A stretch of DNA of 64,000 nt from Candidatus Omnitrophota bacterium (lineage in GTDB: Bacteria; Omnitrophota; Gorgyraeia; DTHP01), in NCBI GenBank assembly GCA_023819145.1, contig JAMWCW010000001.1:66400-130399 (forward strand), read 5' to 3'. A program made the position numbers and the translations under genes. Shown here in pieces: positions 23,396 to 31,922 of the stretch; the first letter of the stretch is position 1, and each line of letters starts with the position of its first letter. The notes under the pieces are model-generated. The model had not been told where the DNA came from. It ran no database searches and saw only the letters and a program-made list of their open reading frames with translations.

Positions 23396-26300
23396 ATGAA
23401 AAAGACAAGATTTTTACTAAACCGGGCCGGGGGAATTTTAATACTTTTCTTAATTTTGGCTTTTACAAAGCCGGGAGAGGGATTATTTTTTACTGGTGAT
23501 GACCCTACTCAATACCATATGAGTACTGGATGCGGGATGTATGGTAATGGTTGTAATGCTTTTGGGGATCAAGAACGGCAAACTCCAGGCTTACTGAGGC
23601 AAATGAGTTCGTCACCGGCGTCTATTCAATTTAAGGACGGAATTCCAGTGACAGGGGATTCAGTGAGGTGGTCTCTTTTCGATCTGGATAATGATGGTAA
23701 TGTTGATTGTTATATAGATGAAAGTGGAAATAGATATTTAAAAACTATAACCTCAGATGGCATAATAACAGGTTATATTTTAGCAAAAAATCTTGAAAAT
23801 GGAGATTTAGATGTTCAAGTATATGGATATACTCAAACTTCAGGTTATTTTCCTATAATTCCTATAGAACCACTTGATCACACAGAACAGAATACTCAGG
23901 TAGTTGAAACACAATACCGTTTAGTGGCACATTTTAAAGTAGACCAAGCCGCTGGGCTTAATTCTTTAATAAAAGCTATTTTAGATGATACTCGCCTGCA
24001 ATCATTCCTTCAAAAATTTGATCCCAATATGAATAGTATGCTTAATGTGGGTGGCCAACAACTGAAGTTAGTTGAAAGTTTTACATATAACGATACAGAC
24101 TCTGAATGGAATAAAAATGACCAGGAGGAAAAATATTACTCCTCTATAAATGGATATTTAAAAAGGGAGGTAATTTCTGGAAAGGAATATTATTATGTCT
24201 ATAATTCCGACTATACCTTAGCTGCGCGCTATACAAAAGATACTAGTGGTGATATCACAAGCTTGACATTTATTACTCCTTCTGGAGGAGCTTTTGAGCG
24301 AGGTAAGTTAATTAGTGGGACTGAATATGAATTATCCGGGGCTTCCTTGGGGTATCTGAAGGGCTTATCGGAACTCTCGCTAAATATAAATAATATAGGT
24401 TCTTTAATGGAAAAATCTGCAATAATAGCGGGAACCTCATGGCTTAAGTTAGGCGAAAACCACTATTTTCAGCTTAAAAAAGGAACAATTGAGCAGGTAG
24501 TAACTGTAACTGTAGCAGACGATGGAAAATCTTCTTCTTTAACTTTGCAAAGGCTCAAATTGGAAGATGATAAATTGGTAGTAGTAAATGGTCAGTCAAT
24601 AACTGTTTCCAACGCGCTTTTAACTGGCAAGTTGCCAAGCGGATACTTAGATTCCTCAATTACTTCCCCTAAAGTCTTAGACCTTATTTTAAAAGGAGCC
24701 TCCATAGATTACACTCATCAGAGAATTTATTTTGATTATACAGGAAAGACTTATGCTTATGATGTTACTGGAGAAGGCTTACAGTATTATTATGTTTATT
24801 ATATGGGCGGAGGAAATACATTACCATTATTACAAATTTATGGTCCTGATACTAATATAACAACTGAAAACCCTGATTTAACTTTAACTGTGCCACAAGA
24901 ATTAAAAATCACTAATTTTACTTTTAATGTTAAAGGAACTAGCGCTACATTATCTTTCCAAGCAGATGGTAAAGAATACACATATAACCTTCCTACTAGT
25001 AAAAATGGTTCTTTTACCTTGAGTATTGATCCCCAAGCCACTGGTGCAGGGGTAATTGCACCTACTATTAAAATACTACCACCCGCATTAAGCGAGGAGC
25101 AAAAAAGATGGATTGCTAGTATTTTGGGTCTAGAAGACGATCCGGGTGGTCGAACAGCCGTACAACAATTGGATAATTTATTGGGAGATTCCCAAAATTA
25201 TTTTGTAACTGGTAATTATTTTGGGATTCAATCAGGAGAGAGTATTTTTATATTTAATACTTCCTCACTAAGTGCAGGTAGTAGATATCTTAAATTTGAT
25301 GGTAAAAATCTAATAATTAATGAGGGTACTACAACTATAACTATAGGAGATTTCGCTAAAGTTTTAAAGAGTCTAGGATTCTCTGCTTGGCTGGATGCTT
25401 TTAAATCTATGGAGGAAGATTCTCTGAGGACCCTTTTTGGACTAAATCCGAGCAATTCAGCCAATTTCACACTTGCCTTTGAGAAGATTATTACTGAGGC
25501 GCAGAAAGAGTTTTATAATTTCTCGTTTGAGAAAGACACAAGTGGTAGTAATTATTCGCCTAGGGGATATGCTAAGGCTATGTTGGATAATTCCCGATCT
25601 GTTGTTGTTGTTGAGTTTTATATTAGTGATGGGGATAGTTTCACCAAAGTTTTAGGATTTGATAGACCTACATTACTGCAAATATTAGATAGATCAGAAA
25701 CCTTTGAAGGCTTGTATGAAAAAGCTAAGGGATTTGTCAGGAATATTAGTTATGTAAAAAGGTTAGATGGAACTTATGTTTGGGTATGTAGTATAGGTAA
25801 TAAGTTTGTTCAATTTTATTCTATTGGAGGAGGAAGTGAATGGTGGGCATTGGCTGTTGATGCTACTGGTGATGTTACTGTATATGATAGCGGATGGGAG
25901 ATAAAATATACAATTGCTAAAATAGAGTTAGAATCGTCACCATCACCAAGCGTTGATTTAGTAAAAAGCCTAATTTTTGATGAGCAAACATTGCATCTTC
26001 TTCGGTTAAGTATAGAGCAAAGAGGAGACGGTGGTGTAACAGGTGTAACAATCCAAAGAAACAAAATAGAAGTGTGGGAACTGAAAAAAGCTTCGGCGAA
26101 TAGTAATGCGTTAAAGAGGATAGAAAAATTTACTTTGCTTGGAGAGGAATCTGTGGTAGCAGGAAGGGCGACCCCACTTGATCCAGAGCCAGTTATTGAA
26201 TTCGGCAGTAGAAAAATAAAGGAAATCCAATTTACCAATTTTGCGGGGATGGTAACCTTCGCTCGAGGAATTAGTTTTAAGACTCAGGGTGATAAAAGTT

Positions 26301-29300
26301 ATCTGATTTTAGGAGGAAAAATTTATGAGCTTTCTTTAGCAGAAGATGGATCAATCTTTACAATTAGCCAAACTCCTATTATTACGATTGAGCAACAAAC
26401 TTGGGAAGCAATAAGAACACTTATTGCTTACGAGCGGACAAATACTGGAAGTGTAACTGGCCCGAGTGCAATTGGCTGGGCTGATATTAGTATAGTAATA
26501 GAAAAAGAGGACAAAGTGTACTTTGAGGTGCCAGTGAAATCAATTGATGAGGGAAGATATGTATTGAGATTTGATAGTAAGGGACAATTAATTAAGAGAG
26601 ATGGTGCAGTATTGAGTTTTACTCCCACAGATTCAGATGAATCCCAAAAAGCAGAAAGCTTTAAAACATTTTTGCAAAATAATGTAGGCAATCTTCCTTT
26701 ATCTGCAGCAGGCAAAGCCTATGAGAGATTTTGTTCACAGTTGGCAATTGCTGGTGTGGCTAAAGTAGATTGGGAGATATTTCTTCGTAGCTGGAATGAA
26801 GGGGCAAAAACTCTTGAAGGCTTTAGTGACCCCGGATGGGGTGGGGGACTTAGTAGGAGCGAACTTATCGCGGCATTGGAGCTTAGTGATGAGCAGAAAC
26901 AACAGCAGTTGCGTAGAATTGAGGCTACAGATATAAATGGGTTTAATAAATATCTTTATATTGATGACAAGGGAAATATAGTTTATGTAGAAGAACTACC
27001 TGATCCCTCGAAAGGAAAATATAAAGGATATTTATTAAGGTATCAGTGGAATGATTCTGCTAATCCTCCGGAAGCGAATATTTCTGGAGTATTGGTAGGA
27101 GCTATGCAGCGTTCAACTTCACAAAATGTTTTATCACAAAATGTTTTATATGGAATAGTAGCAGAGGTTGATAATGGTGGGGGTTATGTAAAATTGAATG
27201 ATAAAGGATTTGAATTAAATTTAAATATTATATTTAAAGGTAATAACAAGGGGTATGAGAATCTTTTTGATTTTGAAACATACAAAATCGAAATCAAGGT
27301 TAGTAGAGTGGATAATACATTGACGCAGGTAGAAACAACGAATTGGGCTAATTCTAATGCGCAAAGATGGTATACGAGCTCTACCATTACTACAGTAGTA
27401 GGGCTACTGGAGGATGGGAAATTTGAAAAAAAGCGAGAAGAAAGGGTATTAAAAAATAATGAGGGGGAGCAAGAAACAATCACTTTTCCTGAATTTGATG
27501 GAAAAGGCAACCCCACTAAAAAACAGGTGCATTCTTTGAGGAAAGTCGATATTGAGGGTTGGGAATGGAGAGAGGATAATTATACAGAGACAGGAACTCT
27601 TAACAGTAATCAACAATGGGTGAGGAAAGGTTATGAACCTAATACTCAAAGGACAATTAAGCTAAGTAGAGGAAATGGGGATTATCTACAGCAGGAGTAC
27701 TCTATAGATGGAAATGGAAAAGCAATCAGATGTGTTATTGAGGAAAAAAGAGGTTCGGTAACTGCCAAAGTAGAAGAAGAAGTAGTAGGTGAAGGGGATT
27801 TATTATTCTTAGGAGAGAATACACAACTTACCTTGAATATTAATGGAGATAGGATAGATCCCAAAACAGGACAAACGGTAAGTGTAAGTGGCAATAATGT
27901 AGTAAGGTCTGTTTATGTATTTAAGGACGAAGAGGTGGCAGCACTTAAACAGCAGGGCTTAACCATAAGGGCTGGTATTCCTTATATCCTTGATAAATAT
28001 GAAGATGGTTCGTTTAGAATATATACCGCATTTGTAGAACAAACATATCTTGATGCACAAGGAAAACCTAAAGCGTATTATGTGGCTGGAGAATATGTAG
28101 GAACCCTTGGTTCAAAAAAAGCCAGTGACGGTGCCAGTGGCGGAGGCGGTGGAGGAGGTGGAGGAGGTGGAGGAGGTGGACCGGCAGGAAGTGACAAAAT
28201 TCCTCCTTCACAAATAGCTAATCAGGATACAGGAGAGATTGTTGGTGGTATGGAAGGGCAATTAGATGGTTTTGTGAAAAGAAGCTATCCTGAGAGAGTA
28301 GAGGAATTAGCTCATACTTATCGGGCAATGGGTCCGGGAATGAAGGAGAGAGCACTTTCTATAAACGATAGAGATAGTGCCAGAATATATCTATTGGGGA
28401 GATTTCTTTCCAGAGATAAAATTAAACAAGTTCTTTCGGTTCTTAAAAATAAGAATCTTTCTATTGAGGAAAAACGCGCTTTACTTAAGAAACTGGGGCT
28501 TTCGGATAAATTGCTTGACTTACTCCTTAATGGTGATGAAGAAGCATTAATTAAAGAAGCTCAAAAAATGCTCCTTAAGGATTTCGGGCTTTCTGATGAG
28601 GAGATTGAAGAATTCTTCAAGAGCAGTGATAAAAAAGGATATTTGCAGAAGAAAGGACTTTCTGATGAACGCATTGAGGCGGTAATGGAGATAACAGATT
28701 TAGAGAAGGCTCAAGAGGCAATCCTTAATCAGGAGGCAGTTTTGGAAGAGTTGCTCAGTGAGGAAGAGAAAGCACTTATGGAGGAGCTTTTTGCTTTGTT
28801 AGAGGAATATACCGGATTTATTAGTGATGAAGAGTATGCGGAATTAAGGGAGATTTTGGTAGATTTGGGGCTTTCTGAGGAGACCATAGATGATTTAATA
28901 GGTAAAAATGCGGATGAGTTTATGAATAGTCAGTTGCGGAATTGGGCAATGATGGATGAGAAAAATATTCTTGAATTGGCAAGGATGCTTTTCTTTGATG
29001 AAGACTTAAAGTTAGATAAATGGACTGCGGAGTTTATTGTAAAAGGTGATGAGTTTATGGTAAATGAGCTCTTAAGTAAAATTAGACAAGCAGTAAAAGA
29101 GTATCTTGAAGAGTATTGGGGTAAAGAGGTCAGTGAAGAAGAAGTTAAAGGTTTGGATGAGGCGACTAGAGAGAAAATTGCCGATGCTTTACTGCAAGCG
29201 ATAGGTAGAGGAGGACTTACGCTGGAAAATGCTTCTAAAAAAGTAAAGGAAATTCTTGCAGAGATTATCCCTTTGAAGGAAGCGAAAGAGGAGAAGAGCC

Positions 29301-29443
29301 CTATTCAGCCAGCACCTTCTCCGGAACCGTTACAGCCACAATCTCTTGCTGCGGTAAGTATTCAGGGTAACTGGAGGAGCAAAAATAATGATGATGATAT
29401 TCCGCGGTTGTTAAGAGAAAAAAATGAACTCAGAAGCAGATAG
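23396..29443 (+). CDS. giant secreted protein, 2015 aa, with Gly15 run and C-terminal acidic helical GLSDE-repeat region
   Basis: RBS aaaaggaggg; signal peptide ILILFLILAFTKPGEG; GGN-codon run 28138-28185 encoding G15; repeated GLSDEEIE / GLSDERIE / GLSEETID motifs about 28460-28890; no recognisable catalytic motif. Confidence 0.55.
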   Translation: MKKTRFLLNRAGGILILFLILAFTKPGEGLFFTGDDPTQYHMSTGCGMYGNGCNAFGDQERQTPGLLRQMSSSPASIQFKDGIPVTGDSVRWSLFDLDNDGNVDCYIDESGNRYLKTITSDGIITGYILAKNLENGDLDVQVYGYTQTSGYFPIIPIEPLDHTEQNTQVVETQYRLVAHFKVDQAAGLNSLIKAILDDTRLQSFLQKFDPNMNSMLNVGGQQLKLVESFTYNDTDSEWNKNDQEEKYYSSINGYLKREVISGKEYYYVYNSDYTLAARYTKDTSGDITSLTFITPSGGAFERGKLISGTEYELSGASLGYLKGLSELSLNINNIGSLMEKSAIIAGTSWLKLGENHYFQLKKGTIEQVVTVTVADDGKSSSLTLQRLKLEDDKLVVVNGQSITVSNALLTGKLPSGYLDSSITSPKVLDLILKGASIDYTHQRIYFDYTGKTYAYDVTGEGLQYYYVYYMGGGNTLPLLQIYGPDTNITTENPDLTLTVPQELKITNFTFNVKGTSATLSFQADGKEYTYNLPTSKNGSFTLSIDPQATGAGVIAPTIKILPPALSEEQKRWIASILGLEDDPGGRTAVQQLDNLLGDSQNYFVTGNYFGIQSGESIFIFNTSSLSAGSRYLKFDGKNLIINEGTTTITIGDFAKVLKSLGFSAWLDAFKSMEEDSLRTLFGLNPSNSANFTLAFEKIITEAQKEFYNFSFEKDTSGSNYSPRGYAKAMLDNSRSVVVVEFYISDGDSFTKVLGFDRPTLLQILDRSETFEGLYEKAKGFVRNISYVKRLDGTYVWVCSIGNKFVQFYSIGGGSEWWALAVDATGDVTVYDSGWEIKYTIAKIELESSPSPSVDLVKSLIFDEQTLHLLRLSIEQRGDGGVTGVTIQRNKIEVWELKKASANSNALKRIEKFTLLGEESVVAGRATPLDPEPVIEFGSRKIKEIQFTNFAGMVTFARGISFKTQGDKSYLILGGKIYELSLAEDGSIFTISQTPIITIEQQTWEAIRTLIAYERTNTGSVTGPSAIGWADISIVIEKEDKVYFEVPVKSIDEGRYVLRFDSKGQLIKRDGAVLSFTPTDSDESQKAESFKTFLQNNVGNLPLSAAGKAYERFCSQLAIAGVAKVDWEIFLRSWNEGAKTLEGFSDPGWGGGLSRSELIAALELSDEQKQQQLRRIEATDINGFNKYLYIDDKGNIVYVEELPDPSKGKYKGYLLRYQWNDSANPPEANISGVLVGAMQRSTSQNVLSQNVLYGIVAEVDNGGGYVKLNDKGFELNLNIIFKGNNKGYENLFDFETYKIEIKVSRVDNTLTQVETTNWANSNAQRWYTSSTITTVVGLLEDGKFEKKREERVLKNNEGEQETITFPEFDGKGNPTKKQVHSLRKVDIEGWEWREDNYTETGTLNSNQQWVRKGYEPNTQRTIKLSRGNGDYLQQEYSIDGNGKAIRCVIEEKRGSVTAKVEEEVVGEGDLLFLGENTQLTLNINGDRIDPKTGQTVSVSGNNVVRSVYVFKDEEVAALKQQGLTIRAGIPYILDKYEDGSFRIYTAFVEQTYLDAQGKPKAYYVAGEYVGTLGSKKASDGASGGGGGGGGGGGGGGPAGSDKIPPSQIANQDTGEIVGGMEGQLDGFVKRSYPERVEELAHTYRAMGPGMKERALSINDRDSARIYLLGRFLSRDKIKQVLSVLKNKNLSIEEKRALLKKLGLSDKLLDLLLNGDEEALIKEAQKMLLKDFGLSDEEIEEFFKSSDKKGYLQKKGLSDERIEAVMEITDLEKAQEAILNQEAVLEELLSEEEKALMEELFALLEEYTGFISDEEYAELREILVDLGLSEETIDDLIGKNADEFMNSQLRNWAMMDEKNILELARMLFFDEDLKLDKWTAEFIVKGDEFMVNELLSKIRQAVKEYLEEYWGKEVSEEEVKGLDEATREKIADALLQAIGRGGLTLENASKKVKEILAEIIPLKEAKEEKSPIQPAPSPEPLQPQSLAAVSIQGNWRSKNNDDDIPRLLREKNELRSR

Positions 29444-29472
29444 GTTAAACAAAAGTAATTAACCCCAAACCC

Positions 29473-30380
29473 CTGCCCACCGCGTAGGTGGGCATTTTTT
29501 CTTGACATAAGCTTATAAATTTGCTATATTTATTATAGAGTTTAAGGGACACCTACGCGGTGGGATAGGTTTTATTAATTATAGGAGAGTATAAAGAAGT
29601 TAACGAGAGTTAAGGAGAAAAAATGAGAAAGAATTTTCTGGCAGTAGGAGAAATTTATCACGTGTTGAATAAAAGTATTGCGGGTTTTCAGATTTTTAAC
29701 GATGAAGATGAATATCAGCGAATGGCTGGGCTTTTTGCCTATTATCAAAAAGAGAATCCTCCAGTTAAGTTCTCTAAGTATTTAAATTCCAATAAAAAAG
29801 GTTCTGAGGGGGAGAATACAGGAAATAAATTAGTGGAAATTATCGCCTATTGTCTTATGCCTACCCATCTTCATCTCTTATTGAGACAGATGAAAGAAGA
29901 AGGGATTTCTCTTTTTATGGGAAATGTTTTAAATAGCTACACCCGCTATTTTAATACCCGACATAAGCGCAAAGGACCTCTCTGGGAGGGTAGATTTAAA
30001 AGAATTCAAGTAAAAACCGAGGAAAATTTATTGCACCTTACCCGCTATATCCATCTTAATCCGGTTACAGCGTATCTGGTGAACAAGCCCGAGGATTGGC
30101 TTTTTTCTTCTTATCGAGAGTATTTAGGTCAGGTTGATGGTAAGGAGAAAATTTGCAATTTTGAAGATTCTTTAGAGATAGGCCCTGACTATAAAGAATT
30201 TGTGGAAGATAGAATTTCTTACCAGAGAGAACTTGCTCAGATTAAAGATTTAATAGTTGAAAACCTCTCCACCTAAACCTTAGACCACCTCGTAGGTGTC
30301 CTAAATCGATGATTATAAGTGTAAGAAATTATGTAGCTTATGATGAAGGAAATAGACCACCTACGAGGTGGGTACGGTTT
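29473..30380 (+). mobile_element. REPtron: RAYT gene flanked on both sides by REP/BIME hairpin pairs; the upstream pair contains a terminator-like hairpin and an embedded promoter
   Basis: gcccaccgcgtaggtgggc+TTTTTT (29475-29500) then ggacacctacgcggtgggataggtttt (29547-29573); TTGACA 29502-29507 -17- TATATT 29525-29530 between the units; downstream pair gaccacctcgtaggtgtcc 30283-30301 and gaccacctacgaggtgggtacggttt 30355-30380. Confidence 0.65.
29623..30276 (+). CDS. REP-associated tyrosine transposase (RAYT, IS200/IS605 Y1 HuH family)
   Basis: HuH motif AYCLMPTHLHLLL, LWEGRFKRIQV, catalytic-Tyr region LTRYIHLNPVTAYLV, WLFSSYREY; 217 aa; RBS aaggag. Confidence 0.8.
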   Translation: MRKNFLAVGEIYHVLNKSIAGFQIFNDEDEYQRMAGLFAYYQKENPPVKFSKYLNSNKKGSEGENTGNKLVEIIAYCLMPTHLHLLLRQMKEEGISLFMGNVLNSYTRYFNTRHKRKGPLWEGRFKRIQVKTEENLLHLTRYIHLNPVTAYLVNKPEDWLFSSYREYLGQVDGKEKICNFEDSLEIGPDYKEFVEDRISYQRELAQIKDLIVENLST

Positions 30381-30439
30381 ATAACGGTAGGAAAAGGAAG
30401 GAAGAAGAGGAAAGGTAAGTGAGAGGAGGAAAGAGGGAG

Positions 30440-30838
30440 ATGAAAAAAAGAATTCTGTTTTTGGGGATGGTTGGAGTATTATTGAGTTTTGTTTCTTGTG
30501 GAAAGGCAAAAGAGGAAGTTTACGAATCAGAGACAAAGGCAAGCGAAGAGGTGAAAATAGCTATGGTAGAGGAGGGAGAAATGGCCCAGAAACCTGAACT
30601 AAAATATGTGGAAGGAGAGCTTTTAGTAAAGTTTAAACCCGAAGTTTCTGCAGAAGAGATAATTACGATCCTCAAAGACGAATATCAATGCGAGATTATT
30701 GATATTATAAAAGGATTAGATGTTTACAGGATAAAAATGCCCAAAGGAAAAACTGTCCCCGAGATGGTGGAGTTATTGAGTAAAGATGAACGGGTGAAAT
30801 ACGCCGAACCTAACTATATCTATCGCTTACAGATGTAG
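30440..30838 (+). CDS. small lipoprotein with subtilase-propeptide (inhibitor I9)-like domain
   Basis: Signal MKKRILFLGMVGVLLSFVSC (lipobox-like); LLVKFKPEVSAEEI...VYRIKMPKG...VKYAEPNY resembles peptidase inhibitor I9 / subtilisin pro-domain ending in YAEPNY; ORF track starts at GTG 30419. Confidence 0.4.
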   Translation: MKKRILFLGMVGVLLSFVSCGKAKEEVYESETKASEEVKIAMVEEGEMAQKPELKYVEGELLVKFKPEVSAEEIITILKDEYQCEIIDIIKGLDVYRIKMPKGKTVPEMVELLSKDERVKYAEPNYIYRLQM

Positions 30839-30847
30839 AGGTAAAAC

Positions 30848-31612
30848 ATGAGACGCAGTATAATCGCGAGAGATAAAGCGGAATTAGTGCGCAAAATGAG
30901 GCTAAAATATTTATTTTCTTTTGGCGTAATCAGCGGGTTTGTTTTTTACTCTGGCTTGGCTTTCGCAGAGGAAAAAGCAGAAAAGCTTGAGGATTACAGC
31001 AAGTACGGTTATACCCTTAAATATAAAGACCCCAAGGTCTATACTACGCAACCGGGAGAAAAAGAATCTCCCTACCATCAGAAAGAACCCCAGCTTCCTC
31101 CCGCTTTAGAAGGCAGAACCAAATCGCCCCAATGGTCTAAACCAGAAAAGTTGCAAGAGGTTAAACCGGAAGAACTCTACATGCCTCCCTTGGAAGCAAT
31201 TTTAGGCTCATTACCACCTCCTCGCGAAGAGGAAAGCGTAGAAGAAAAGATTTTAACTAAAGAAGGGGAGATTTCCTTAGAGGCTTGGGGAGAAAAAGTA
31301 GAGTTAATGATTGAGGAAGTTCTGGGGAAAGAAGCTGAGGTGAAATTGGTAAGAGAAGGATTTTCTTTTACTACGCCGGTTACTCCCGTAGAGGAAGAAG
31401 AAGAAAAAGAAGTCCAAGAAAAACCTTCTACCTCCCTTTTCTCTGATACTTGGGAGATGCTTATCCAAGAAGGAAGGGTTACCCTTAAACCTTTAGGGAA
31501 AGTCTCACCCGAAGATTTAGAGAAAATTGCTGCTTATTTAGTAGACCTCTTAGGAAGGGGCGGAGAAATAACTAAGATAAGTCCGGAAGGAATTGAGGTT
31601 GAACTAAAATAG
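30848..31612 (+). CDS. hypothetical Pro/Glu-rich membrane-anchored protein
   Basis: One N-proximal hydrophobic segment LFSFGVISGFVFYSGLAFA; low-complexity PE-rich middle; no known motif. Confidence 0.3.
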   Translation: MRRSIIARDKAELVRKMRLKYLFSFGVISGFVFYSGLAFAEEKAEKLEDYSKYGYTLKYKDPKVYTTQPGEKESPYHQKEPQLPPALEGRTKSPQWSKPEKLQEVKPEELYMPPLEAILGSLPPPREEESVEEKILTKEGEISLEAWGEKVELMIEEVLGKEAEVKLVREGFSFTTPVTPVEEEEEKEVQEKPSTSLFSDTWEMLIQEGRVTLKPLGKVSPEDLEKIAAYLVDLLGRGGEITKISPEGIEVELK

Positions 31613-31922
31613 ATACTGTATCAAACCATATCAAGAAACTTTCTCGCTTATTTATTCCCAAATCTCACGAGAAAAGATAAACCGTATCAGAGCCGTGATA
31701 CGGTATTTAATTTCCTAAATTACCGAGCCACTCTCCATAAAGCAAGGGTATCAACTGTATCATAATTCTTTAAAAACCCTTGCCAAAATCCCTGCCGAAA
31801 AAGATAAGAAAAAAATATAACCAAAATGATTTTTTTTCTTGACAAAAGTTCTTAATTATGATAAGGTTAAAACCCTGATACTGTTTGATATAGTTAAACC
31901 CCCTTTAAAACAGGAGGGAGAA

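Noticed and set aside
28138-28185. Gly15-encoding GGN tract as a possible assembly or sequencing artefact
   Set aside because: It cannot be assessed without reads. The reading frame is maintained and flanked by coherent coding sequence, so it is kept as a real, potentially variable, tract.
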